From a virus: a stretch of DNA of 64,000 bases. Made by a program: the position numbers and the translations under genes. Below, in pieces: positions 27,512 to 37,098 of the stretch. Numbering within the stretch: the first letter of the stretch is position 1; the number at the start of each line of letters is the position of its first letter. The stretch lies in IMG/VR virus record IMGVR_UViG_3300046514_000687, positions 32,001-96,000 of that record, one strand, 5' to 3'. A model generated the notes under the pieces. That model did no database searches, had not been told where the DNA came from, and worked only from the letters and a program-made list of their open reading frames with translations.

Positions 27512-28126
27512 GTGACCTACGAGACCTGCCCGGTCTGCCAGAACATCGGCGGCGCTGGCAACGCCGACTGCCCCGGCCACGACGACGAGATCCCCGAGGA
27601 CTTCCGCCCCGCCGGCCTGGACCGCGAGACCGCCAGCGCCATCTGGAGCACCAAGCGGTGCGACGGGTGCGGGCGGACCCTCCCCGCCGCTGAGATCGTG
27701 GTCGTAGGCCGCGGGTGGGTCAACTGCGGGGACTGCGCCGCCGCCCCCGCCACGCCCCCGCCGTACTGCCAGGACCCCGAGCGCTGCGGCCAGAACGACC
27801 CCATCAGCGAACAGTATGGGTTCACTCACATCGCCTACTGCCAGAGCTGCGAGGCCGCTCACGCGCTGGAGGAGCGCGGGATGCCGCTGATCGCGGGCGC
27901 CAGCGAGGAGACCCTCAGCCAGCGCATCGACCGGGAGCTGGCCGAGGAGGCCGTCCAGGCCGAGGTCGACTTCGCCCAGGGCCGCTGCTGGGTCTGCCAG
28001 CGCAAGCTCGCCGACTACCCTAGCCTCATCAGCCAGCGAGAGTGCTACTTCTGCAGCCAGGAGCTAGCCTGCTTGGTCGCCGAGGCCGAGGCGGAGTTCG
28101 GCGTCAAGTTCCAGAAGGAGGTCTAG
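27512..28126 (+). CDS. Multi-CxxC protein
   Basis: At least six CxxC pairs. Confidence 0.6.
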   Translation: MTYETCPVCQNIGGAGNADCPGHDDEIPEDFRPAGLDRETASAIWSTKRCDGCGRTLPAAEIVVVGRGWVNCGDCAAAPATPPPYCQDPERCGQNDPISEQYGFTHIAYCQSCEAAHALEERGMPLIAGASEETLSQRIDRELAEEAVQAEVDFAQGRCWVCQRKLADYPSLISQRECYFCSQELACLVAEAEAEFGVKFQKEV

Positions 28127-28495
28127 ATGGACACCACTGCACCCCGCCTGACCGTCGCCGCCCTGGCCGACCGCCTGCTGGCCCTGCTGCCCGCGCTGGC
28201 CGACGACGAGGGCGCCGTAGTGGAGGCTCACGCCAGCGTCGTGCTGGCCCGCCGCGACCTCGCCAACGCCGAGATGCACGCCTGGGACCAGGACCTCGTG
28301 GAGGGCTCCAACGCCGAGAAGCGCGCCACCAGCCTGCGGAAGCAGACGCTCCAGGAGATCATCGAGGTCGAGCGCGCGGAGGGGCGCCTGCGCCGCGCGC
28401 AGTCCACCCTGCGGGTCCACGAGCAGGAGGCGCGGAGCCTGCGGGCGATCATCCCCGCGCTGGACACGCGCCTTATCGTCACGGAGCGGGAGTGA
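28127..28495 (+). CDS. Coiled-coil protein (GSNAEKR motif)
   Basis: RBS and helical composition. Confidence 0.6.
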   Translation: MDTTAPRLTVAALADRLLALLPALADDEGAVVEAHASVVLARRDLANAEMHAWDQDLVEGSNAEKRATSLRKQTLQEIIEVERAEGRLRRAQSTLRVHEQEARSLRAIIPALDTRLIVTERE

Positions 28496-29924
28496 GCGAT
28501 GGACCAGTGCCACTACCACCCGGCGGTCGCCGGGTGGCGCGTCTGTCCGGGCTGCGCGATCACGCTCTGCGTGATGTGCCCGGCGGAGGTCGCCGGCGGC
28601 CAGCTCGCCTGCCGCCGCTGCGGCTACGTCATCGGGCAGTTCCGCCAAGCGCCGCAGAGAGAGGAGCCCCCGTGGCCGAGAGTCTAACGATCCCGCTGGT
28701 AGGGCCGGCGCGGGCGCCCTGCGCCTGGCCTGTGCTGCCGGCCTGCCCGCACCTGGCGCGGGTCTACGTGGAGGCGCCGCCCGGCAGCGGCGCGTTCGTC
28801 GGGGTCTGCCGCGCCCACCAGCGGCGCTGGGAGCGTCAGTTCGCCGCGCAGATCGCCGCGCACTACAGGCGCCCCGCCGGCGGGGCGCCTGGCGAAGGGG
28901 GGTAAGCGATGCGGTCCAGGGCGAGCAAGTTCTACGACACGCTAGATTACGAGGTCAGCAACGCCCGCGGGATTGCCTACGCGTTGCGCGAGGAGATCGG
29001 CAGCTACTGGCGCCACATGCACCGCTGCCGCAAAGAGGCTGCCCAGGCAGCGGCCGATCCGCCCGCCGACGCCTACACTCGCACCAGCACGCGGATCAGC
29101 GCCGACCGGAGCGAGAGGCAGCTCCGCCTCCTACTCGGCATCCGGCGCGAGGGCCTGGGCCGGTGAGCGAGCCGTGGCGCGGACCCCACCACAGCGACGA
29201 CCGCATCTCCTACGAGGCCACAGTCGCCCGGCAGGGCGCGCGGATCGTGGCTGGACCGCGACACTACTGCCCCGGCTGCGGGCTCGACCTGCCCTGTGCG
29301 AACACGGAGCCGGAGGGCTGCTGGGCCTGCGTCAGCGGGCGGGGGTTCGACATCTGCCCGGCCTGCATGCTCATCGCAGTGGGACAGCGATGAGCGCCCC
29401 GAGACTGCGGTTCAGCCTGGTCCACCGGACGAGGGACGGCGAGCACGTCGTCCAGCAAGCCGACCACTACGCCGCCATCGCCCAGGCCGCGACGGAGTGG
29501 CTTGCGCGCTGGCGCGCGGGGCGCCTGACCGTGGGGCGGAGCCACTGCCGCGCCTGGGGCGTGAACGCCCACGCCTGGCGGCTGGTCGGCCCGCCGCCAG
29601 ACTACGACGCGAGCTGGCTAGTCATCGTCGATGCGAGGAGGCTCCTGCCATGAGCGAGCGCCAGGCTAGTAACACGGGAGGGCCGGTTTCCGCCGCGCTC
29701 CTCGCCTTCGTCCGCGCCTACGCAAACGCCGACCACCTGGACGCCGACCAGAGCGAGGTAGCGCTCTTCCGCGCCTGGCTTGCCGCCGTCGGCGTACTCG
29801 GCGTCCGGGCCGAGGTTCCGCCCCGCGCTCAGACTGTCATGCGCGAGCATCCCGAGCTGTCCGAACTGCGCTTCGGGCCGGGTGGCGCCGACGACCTGCG
29901 GCTGGAGCCGCGCGGGGAGGATGC

Positions 29925-31133
29925 TTGAGCCGACGATGGCGTCTGTCTGCCGTGCTGCTGCTCGCCGGCCTGGGGCTCGCTCCGCCGGCCGGTGCGGCGC
30001 CGAGTGCGGCCATCACGGTGACCCCGTTCCTGCCGCCCGACTGCGCGGGCTTCAGCGGCGCGGCCCACGTGGGCACCGGCGTGATCACCGCGCCGGTGGG
30101 CCAGGTGATCGTGGCGGTCGCGGTCCACGACGGCAACGCCAGCCCGGTACTCGGGCCGAACCAGTGCATCCAGTTCACGACCGACGGCGCTTTCGTCAGC
30201 CCGCCCGGCCACGACTGCTACACGGTAAGCGGACTGGGGACCGCCGCGGTGACGGTGAGCGACGCGCCGCAGATGGACTGCGGGGGGATCAGCTTCGTGC
30301 AGGTGCTCACGCAGGCTGCGCTTACGCCCACGCAGACACCGACGCCCACGAGCACGCCCAGTTCCACGCCCCCGAGCACGCCCACGGGCACGCCCAGCCC
30401 TACGCCGACGGCCACGAGCACCGGCACCTCGCCCAGCACCGGGACCGCCACGCCATCGCCAACCGGCACGGTCACGGAGACGCCCAGTGCGACGCCCTCA
30501 CAAACGCCATCTCCCACCAGTGGGATTCCGGCTACTGCGACTCCAACGGGCCTACCTACTCTACTGCCGACGGTAGAGCCTACCGGGACGCCGAGTCCGA
30601 ATCCCCCTGGGACTGCGTCGCCCACGGCGACCGCTACCACCATGGCTAGCCTGACGCCGACCAGCACCGCGACCGGAGGGCCGAATGCGACGCCGACGCC
30701 GACGCCACCTCTCAGCGGAGGGGCTACTCCTACTGGCACTGCGACGGGCCTACCTACTCTGGTGCCGCCAGCGGAGCCTACCGCTACAGCATCTCCGCTT
30801 CCGACCCTACCTCTACCGCCGACCGCGACTGTGACACCGACTGTCCCAACAATCATTATTGGGACACCGACTGTCCCAATAACCGTTGCTGCGACACCCA
30901 CGGCGACTGCGCTGGTGATCAGCCTGCCGCCGGTCCCGCTGCCCCCGCCGGGCGGGATCCAGCGGGGCCTGCCGGCGCCGCTCCTAGCCGAGCGCGGCGG
31001 CCCCGCCGGATACCCGTTAGCCGAGGCCGCCGGGGAAACCGAGGTGCCGGTGGTGCCCGAGGTGCCGACGGTGCTGCTGCTCCTGACCGGCGCCCTGCTC
31101 ATCTGGCTCGCGCGCCACTGGAGGCGCCGGTGA
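29925..31133 (+). CDS. Secreted Pro/Thr-rich protein with PEP-CTERM-like C-terminal anchor
   Basis: Signal peptide, small Cys domain, ~200-aa (PT)n tract, C-terminus VPEVPTVLLLLTGALLIWLARHWRRR. Confidence 0.75.
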   Translation: MSRRWRLSAVLLLAGLGLAPPAGAAPSAAITVTPFLPPDCAGFSGAAHVGTGVITAPVGQVIVAVAVHDGNASPVLGPNQCIQFTTDGAFVSPPGHDCYTVSGLGTAAVTVSDAPQMDCGGISFVQVLTQAALTPTQTPTPTSTPSSTPPSTPTGTPSPTPTATSTGTSPSTGTATPSPTGTVTETPSATPSQTPSPTSGIPATATPTGLPTLLPTVEPTGTPSPNPPGTASPTATATTMASLTPTSTATGGPNATPTPTPPLSGGATPTGTATGLPTLVPPAEPTATASPLPTLPLPPTATVTPTVPTIIIGTPTVPITVAATPTATALVISLPPVPLPPPGGIQRGLPAPLLAERGGPAGYPLAEAAGETEVPVVPEVPTVLLLLTGALLIWLARHWRRR

Positions 31134-31443
31134 AGAACCGCCGAGTCCTGGTCCGCATCGTCGAGTCGGTCTACTACGACGTAGAGGTAGAGATTCCCGA
31201 CGGCCGCGCCACGGTCGAATACCTAGATGCCCTGGCGACCGCCGACTGCCTGGGCGATCTCGTCGACCCGACCCAGGCTAACGTCACCACGCGCACCTGG
31301 GAACCCATCGGGGAGCCCCCCTGGCCGGCAGCCCAGCCGCGCTAGAAGGGCCATTCCTGCGCCTGAGCGGCCCGGAGCGGGTACTCCGGGCCGCCGGCGT
31401 GTAAACTCACAGCCAGTAAGCAGAAGGGCGCCTAGGAGCGCGC

Positions 31444-32550
31444 GTGCGCGGGACCAGCCTCGCGGGCACCGTCCGAGCGGCGGCAGTGACGGCCTGGCAC
31501 GTCAGCGACTACGGGCCGGACCTCTGGCGGCTAATCTTTCCCGTGCAGGCGCTCCGCGCCTTCGACGGCTACCCCGTCGAGCTGGTCGACGGGCGCGCGC
31601 CGAACGCCTGGCAGCGCATCAGCAGCCACGCCGTCCTGCTCTCCCGCCCATCCGCCGCCACCACCGCCTGGTTCGACGTGGTGCGCGACGCCCAGCTCGT
31701 GCTGCTCGCCGACTTCGACGACGACGTGTTCACCGACGCCTACTACGCCCAGTGGGCGCGGTTCAGCGAGGGCGACACCGGCGAGCAGGCCTTTCAGGAA
31801 GCGCAGGCCCGCAACCTCCGCAGCCTCCGCAATATGCACGGCGCCACGGTCACCAGCCCGGCGCTGGCCGCGCTCATCGACACTGCCGCGCCGCGGCTGC
31901 CCGTGGCGGTGGTGCCGAACGCGATTCCCTGGGCGTACTGGCGGCGCCGCTGCCGGGCCGGCGGGCAGGCTCCGTCGGGCAGTCCGACTATCGGCTGGCT
32001 CGGCGGCTCCCGCGAGGACGCGGACATCGCCCCGATGCTAGGTGGCTGGGCAGCCATCGCGCACCGCCACCCCGCTGTCCGGTTCGTGGTCGCGGCGCCC
32101 GTGCCGGCTATCGTCACCGCGGCGCTGCCGCCCGACCGGCTGGAGCCACGGCCCTGGCAGCCGATCGACCGCTACGAGCCGCTGTACGGGGGCCTGGACA
32201 TCGGCTGCTGCCCGCTGGCGGACACGGCCTGGAACCGCCACAAGAGCCCGTGTAAGGCGTTCGAGTATGCCGCGGCCGGCGCCACTGTGGTCGCCAGTAC
32301 GCCGGTCTACCGCCGGGTGCTGCGGCCCGGCGTGGATGCGCTGATCGCCGACACGGCTGCCGACTGGGAAAGCGCGCTGGAGCGACTGGTGACGGATCCG
32401 GCACTGCGCGCGCGGCTGAGCGGGGAGTGGGCGCGGCGGGTGCAGGCCGAGCACAGCCTGGAGACACAGCGCCACCGCTGGGCCGAGGCGTGGACGCGGC
32501 TGATCACGCGCCAGCGCGGGCGGTTCAAGACCACGGGGCCGCGCCTGTGA
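31444..32550 (+). CDS. GT-B (family 4-like) glycosyltransferase
   Basis: DFDDD, V.PN, IGW.G, DIG..PL.D..WN..KS..K.FEY.AAG..VVAS. Confidence 0.85.
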   Translation: MRGTSLAGTVRAAAVTAWHVSDYGPDLWRLIFPVQALRAFDGYPVELVDGRAPNAWQRISSHAVLLSRPSAATTAWFDVVRDAQLVLLADFDDDVFTDAYYAQWARFSEGDTGEQAFQEAQARNLRSLRNMHGATVTSPALAALIDTAAPRLPVAVVPNAIPWAYWRRRCRAGGQAPSGSPTIGWLGGSREDADIAPMLGGWAAIAHRHPAVRFVVAAPVPAIVTAALPPDRLEPRPWQPIDRYEPLYGGLDIGCCPLADTAWNRHKSPCKAFEYAAAGATVVASTPVYRRVLRPGVDALIADTAADWESALERLVTDPALRARLSGEWARRVQAEHSLETQRHRWAEAWTRLITRQRGRFKTTGPRL

Positions 32551-33140
32551 GCGCGCCGCTACTCAGTGTCGTGGTGCCGACCATCGGCCGGCCGACGCTG
32601 GAGCGGACGCTGCGGTCGCTACGCTACCAGGCGCCGTCGAGCACGCTGGAGATCGTCGTCGTCGGCGACACGCACCAGGCCACCTACGCGCGAGCGCTGG
32701 GCACGGTGCCGTACCTGTGCGACCAGTTCGAGGCCCGCTACCTGGAGCACGACGGGGGGCTGCACTGCGTCGGCCAGCCGCAGCGCCAGCGGGGCCAGGC
32801 GGCAGCCCACGGGCTGTGGCTGGCGTGGCTCCAGGACGACGACGTGTGGGCGGCGAACGCGCTAGCGACCATCCGGCCGTTCCTGGCCTACGTCCGGCCG
32901 CTGCTGTTCCGCGCCGAAACACGCCACGGCGGGACCGTCTGGCGGGAGCCGCGGCTGGAGCACGGCAACGTGGATGCGAACTGCCTGGTGGTGCCGAACG
33001 TGCCGGCGCGGCTGGGGCGGTGGCTGAACCACTACGACGGCGACTACGCCATGATCGCCCACACGGTGGGGCTCTGGCAGCACGCCTACTGGCCGCCGCC
33101 GCTGATCGCGCTGCACGACCGGGAGCCGGTGGCGACGTGA
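32547..33140 (+). CDS. GT-A (family 2-like) glycosyltransferase
   Basis: LSVVVPTIGRPTL.R.L.S, EIVVVGD, W.AWLQDDD. Confidence 0.8.
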   Translation: MSAPLLSVVVPTIGRPTLERTLRSLRYQAPSSTLEIVVVGDTHQATYARALGTVPYLCDQFEARYLEHDGGLHCVGQPQRQRGQAAAHGLWLAWLQDDDVWAANALATIRPFLAYVRPLLFRAETRHGGTVWREPRLEHGNVDANCLVVPNVPARLGRWLNHYDGDYAMIAHTVGLWQHAYWPPPLIALHDREPVAT

Positions 33141-33149
33141 CTGCCGGAG

Positions 33150-33222
33150 TGGCCGTACCGCGCAGGATGGGTTATAATCTACTGTAGGTACCCCGCTAAG
33201 GTACCGCAGCCACAGGAGGAGG
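33150..33222 (+). promoter_or_regulatory. Promoter cassette copy 5
   Basis: TGGCCG-17-TATAAT-8-GGTACC-CCGCTAA-GGTACC-GCAGC..AGGAGG. Confidence 0.9.
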
Positions 33223-33229
33223 ATCAGAG

Positions 33230-33439
33230 ATGCCAACCCGCCGCGCCGGACAGGTCGGCCAGATCGACTACCAGGGCCGCTCCCACGACGCCGCCGACTG
33301 CGGCAGCTACCGCCTGATTCGCAAGGTCGAGCCGAGTAAGTGGCTGGTCGAGTGGACCGCCGCCTGCGACGCCGCCGACAGCCCCCGTCAGTCGGCTATC
33401 CGGTTCATCACCAAGAAGGCGTACGCCCGCTACTTCTAG
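33230..33439 (+). CDS. Hypothetical protein
   Basis: Follows the cassette RBS. Confidence 0.6.
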   Translation: MPTRRAGQVGQIDYQGRSHDAADCGSYRLIRKVEPSKWLVEWTAACDAADSPRQSAIRFITKKAYARYF

Positions 33440-33474
33440 CGAGCCGCCGCCGCAGCACGAGGAGGAGGTTACCG

Positions 33475-33750
33475 ATGGCCCGCCCCGCCAAGCCCCAGCC
33501 CGCCACCAGGCCGCCGCGCCCGACCCCCACCGGCGTGACCTACCTGCTGAAGGACGTCGGCCGCGACAGCAGCTTCACCTTCTCGGTAGGCGTTTTCCCG
33601 ACTCTGGAGGCCGCCCAGCGCCACGCTGACCCCGCGAGCACCCGCGAGTGGAGCAGCCACACCCGCTGGGGCGGGTATGCCTACTGGTTCACCGACGCCC
33701 CCGCCACCGACCGCGTCCTGGAGATCGAGACCGTCCCGACGTTCAGCTAG
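33475..33750 (+). CDS. Hypothetical protein
   Basis: CCGCAGCACGAGGAGGAGG leader plus ATG. Confidence 0.6.
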   Translation: MARPAKPQPATRPPRPTPTGVTYLLKDVGRDSSFTFSVGVFPTLEAAQRHADPASTREWSSHTRWGGYAYWFTDAPATDRVLEIETVPTFS

Positions 33751-33795
33751 CCCGTAGGGCGGGAGGTCCCCGCCCGCAGCACGAGGAGGAGCGCC

Positions 33796-34458
33796 ATGGC
33801 CATCCGCCAGATGACCAGCCGCGAGGCCTACGAGGCCGACCCCACGGACATCGAAGTCGTCCGCGACTACCCCGGCGCGGAGGACGGCAAGGTCTACCAC
33901 GACCACTACTGCCTCCGCTCCGCGTTCCACCACCCCGCCTTCCTGCAGGACGGCTGCGGCTTCGGGTGCCACGTCGGCGGGCCGCTCTACATGCACACCA
34001 CGTTCCGCGGGCGGGTCCTGAAGACCGGCGAGCACAACTGGTACGACGACTCCGACTTTTACGCCATCGTGTGGCACCCCGGCGCCCAGGGGGACTACCC
34101 CGCCGAGGTCGAGTACGGCAGCACGCGCGGGTGGTCCTACCCCAACCGCGCCACGGTGGACGCCACCCCCGAGGTCCAGGCCGCCTACGCCGCCTGGCTG
34201 GCGGTGCGCCAGGCCGAGAGCGCCGCGCGCCGCAAGCTGGAGCGCGAGGCGCGGGTCGAGCGAGACAAGCTGGTGCGAGTGGTCCGCGGGCGCAAGGTTG
34301 CCAAGGGCACGCTGGGCATCGTCTTCTGGACGGGGCCCAGCGCTTACGGCGAGCGGGTCGGCCTGACCGACGCCGCAGGCGCCACCCACTGGACCGCCGA
34401 GAGCAACGTCGAGGTCGTCGGGCAGGGGGCCTACGAGGAGGAGGCCCCCGCCTGCTAG
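33796..34458 (+). CDS. Hypothetical phage protein
   Basis: N.YDDSDFYA.VW, VDATPEV, V.VVRGRK..KGT.G motifs. Confidence 0.65.
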   Translation: MAIRQMTSREAYEADPTDIEVVRDYPGAEDGKVYHDHYCLRSAFHHPAFLQDGCGFGCHVGGPLYMHTTFRGRVLKTGEHNWYDDSDFYAIVWHPGAQGDYPAEVEYGSTRGWSYPNRATVDATPEVQAAYAAWLAVRQAESAARRKLEREARVERDKLVRVVRGRKVAKGTLGIVFWTGPSAYGERVGLTDAAGATHWTAESNVEVVGQGAYEEEAPAC

Positions 34459-34464
34459 CCCCGC

Positions 34465-34535
34465 TGGCTACTAACGGCAACATGGGTTATAATCTAGCGT
34501 AGGTACCCCCGTAAGGTACCGCAGCACCAGGGAGG
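34465..34535 (+). promoter_or_regulatory. Promoter cassette copy 6
   Basis: TGGCTA-17-TATAAT-8-GGTACC-CCCGTAA-GGTACC-GCAGCAC..GGAGG. Confidence 0.9.
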
Positions 34536-34541
34536 ACACCG

Positions 34542-34769
34542 ATGGCCAAGACAACCGTCACCCACCACCACCCCGCCTGCACCCGCTGGTTCACCGACGG
34601 CCGCTGCCAGACCAGCACCCTCTGGCACCGACGGGGGACCGTCCGCGAGATGATGGCCCTGCTCCGCACCCTCCAGCGGAACGCCCGCGGGATGAGCCGG
34701 GACTACTTCCTCAGCGACCCCTGCGACGGGACGCCCGAGGACTGCGCCGCCTACGCCAAGGTGCGCTAA
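34542..34769 (+). CDS. Hypothetical protein
   Basis: Follows the cassette RBS. Confidence 0.6.
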   Translation: MAKTTVTHHHPACTRWFTDGRCQTSTLWHRRGTVREMMALLRTLQRNARGMSRDYFLSDPCDGTPEDCAAYAKVR

Positions 34770-35250
34770 TGGGACTCATCGACCGCCTGCAGGCCCGCGG
34801 GCAGTTCACCCCCGCCTTCCCCCTCGCCGCACCGCGGTGCGCTCGCTGCGGCGAGCTGATCCACCTGACCGTGCTGGCGGTCGGCTGGCAGGGGCCGTAC
34901 TACCACGCGAGTTGCGCGCCGTCCGCGCGCCCCACCACGGAGGACCAGCCGTGAGCCACATCACCACCGGCCCGATCCCGCACCGCCTGACCGACAAGCA
35001 GCTCACTAACCTGGCCATGGAACACAGCAGCTACACTTACCAGGCCTCGCTCGACGCCGCGCCGCTCCAGTGCTGCCGCACCTGCGGCCACTACCCGCGC
35101 CGCCCGGTCATCCACACGCCGTATCCCTGCCCCGTCGCCCAGGCGCTCGGCCACCTGTACGTCGTGCAGGGGATGGCCGAGCAGGAGCCGCCGTGGGAGC
35201 GGACCGATAGCTAAGATCACGGGCAGCCCGTCAGCGGGCCGCCCGTACTC

Positions 35251-35326
35251 TGCCCGTGTACCGGCCGGTAGCTGGACGCAACCTATGAAGTTGCGGGAGG
35301 AGGTTCGACCCCTCCACGGGCAACCG
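35251..35326 (+). tRNA. Non-canonical tRNA-like gene, anticodon ATG (His-type)
   Basis: Acceptor TGCCCGT/ACGGGCA, D arm CCGGC-CGGTA-GCTGG, anticodon arm CGCAAC-CTATGAA-GTTGCG, T arm GGAGG-TTCGACC-CCTCC, 3' A-CCG. Confidence 0.6.
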
Positions 35327-35352
35327 GGTCTAGCGCGTGAAGGAGATGGACG

Positions 35353-35502
35353 ATGACGATCAAGCTGTGGGCCTGCCAGGTCTGCCGGGGCATCACCGCC
35401 AACCCCGACCAGTGCCGCGACTGCCAGCGGCGCCTGTGTGCCGAGTGCTACGCCACTCACCCGCGCCCGTGTGACGGCGCGGCGGAAGGAGCGCCCCAGT
35501 GA
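35353..35502 (+). CDS. 49-aa Zn-finger microprotein
   Basis: CQVC, CRDC, CAEC..H. AGGAG RBS. Confidence 0.55.
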   Translation: MTIKLWACQVCRGITANPDQCRDCQRRLCAECYATHPRPCDGAAEGAPQ

Positions 35503-36098
35503 GCCTGGCCAAGATGGTCATGGACCTGCTCGGGGCGGCCGAGGCCGACGCCGCGCGGGAGGCAGCGCGGGATGCCCGCCTGGATCGCCTGCTGGCTGCC
35601 GTCGAGGACCAGGGCGCCATGCTGCTGGAGCTGGCCGAGACGGTACGCGCCCTGACGGCGCCGAGCCTAGAGCCGCTGCCGGCTAGCGTCGCTGCTGAGA
35701 TCGACGTGCCCGTTATACGCAAACCGGACGTACCGCTGGTCGCGGTTTCCGCTCCCCCGTCGGATGCAACGCCGGCCAAGCCGCAGCCCACCACGAGCGA
35801 CCCCGACGAGTACATGCTGCTGCGGCGGTACCTCGACGAGCGCGAGGCCACCTACCAGTCGCTCGCCGCGGACTACGGCCGGTCGCCCAACACCATCACC
35901 AAGCTGATCGAGCGCGCGGCCGACCGCCTGGGGGCGACCACCCGCAACGCGCTGCGGAAGGCCGCCCACGGGAAGAAGGGCTACAAGGCCATCGCTCGCC
36001 AGCGTGCCGCCCAGCAGCAGCTCGGGCGCACCCAGCCGCCGGGGACGACGGGTGCGCGGTTCAGCACGGTCCCCATCAGCCAGGCGCGAGGGCACTGA
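35499..36098 (+). CDS. HTH-containing protein
   Basis: TYQSLAADYGRSPNTITKLI. Confidence 0.55.
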   Translation: MSLAKMVMDLLGAAEADAAREAARDARLDRLLAAVEDQGAMLLELAETVRALTAPSLEPLPASVAAEIDVPVIRKPDVPLVAVSAPPSDATPAKPQPTTSDPDEYMLLRRYLDEREATYQSLAADYGRSPNTITKLIERAADRLGATTRNALRKAAHGKKGYKAIARQRAAQQQLGRTQPPGTTGARFSTVPISQARGH

Positions 36099-36331
36099 TG
36101 GCCGACCACTTCCACGTCTACGAGATCCAGCGCGACATGCTGGACCGCCGTCAGCTCATCCGGAGCTACAGCGTGACCCACCACGAGCCGGCCGTCAGCC
36201 GCCTGCGCGCCATCCTGGGCGCCGGGAAGGCCGTGCTGGTCGAGCCCTGCGACCGGGAACTACTGGTCGGCCAGCAGCCCCACGACTGCCCGGCGACGAT
36301 GGACGACCGCGCGTTCTAAGAGGAGGAGCCC

Positions 36332-37036
36332 GTGAGCCCGCGTACCTACCCCCTGGTGGGGGACCGCTTGCCCGAGGGTACCGAGGGCATCGCCGAGATC
36401 CGCCGGGTGGTCTTCGACCGCCTGATCGCGCGCAACAGCAACCCCGCCCTGTGGGTTACGCCCGGTGCCTACACCAAGCTCGTCATCGACGGCGAGGTGA
36501 TGATGAGTGACACTCCGCACGAGGACGCCACCTGTGCCGAGCTGCTGCTCCACGCGCGGGGCAGCGTGCTGATCGCGGGCCTGGGCATCGGGATGGTCCT
36601 GCCGCCCGTGCTCGCCAAGCCGACCGTCACGCGCGTGCTGGTGCTGGAGAAGTACGCGGAGGTGATCGCCCTGGTAGCCGCCAGCGTGGCCCACCCGAAG
36701 CTGGAGATTCGCCAGGCCGACGTACTGCTCGACCCGGTGCCGACGGAGGAGTTCGACACCGTCTACCTGGACATATGGCCCACGCTCAGCGACCTGAACC
36801 TGCCCGAGATGGCCGCCCTCCGGCGGCGGTTCGCGCCCTGCTACCGCACTCGCAAGACCTGGGTCGGCTGCTGGGGCGAGATGCAGTGCCGCGAGTTCAA
36901 GGCGGTCAACGCGGCATTCGCCGCCGCCACGGTAGCCGGCGACGAAAAAGGCAAGCACGCGGCGGCCCAGCGCATGATGGCGCTCGGGTTCGACCTGGGC
37001 GGCGCGCTAGCCGACCGCGCGGCTGGCCGTCTCTAG
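36332..37036 (+). CDS. SAM-dependent methyltransferase fold (spermidine-synthase-like)
   Basis: VMMSDTP.E, G.VLIAGLGIG, V.VLEK..EVI, FDTVYLDIW. Confidence 0.75.
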   Translation: MSPRTYPLVGDRLPEGTEGIAEIRRVVFDRLIARNSNPALWVTPGAYTKLVIDGEVMMSDTPHEDATCAELLLHARGSVLIAGLGIGMVLPPVLAKPTVTRVLVLEKYAEVIALVAASVAHPKLEIRQADVLLDPVPTEEFDTVYLDIWPTLSDLNLPEMAALRRRFAPCYRTRKTWVGCWGEMQCREFKAVNAAFAAATVAGDEKGKHAAAQRMMALGFDLGGALADRAAGRL

Positions 37037-37093
37037 CCCGATGGGTTATAATCTAGCGTAGGTACCCGCAGCGGGTACCGCAGCACACGGAGG
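37024..37093 (+). promoter_or_regulatory. Promoter cassette copy 7
   Basis: TGGCCG-17-TATAAT-8-GGTACC-CGCAGCG-GGTACC-GCAGCAC.CGGAGG. Confidence 0.9.
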
Positions 37094-37098
37094 CACCG

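Noticed and set aside
35251-35326. tRNA-Sec or UGA suppressor serving the TGA gene
   Set aside because: Anticodon is ATG, not TCA, and there is no long variable arm.
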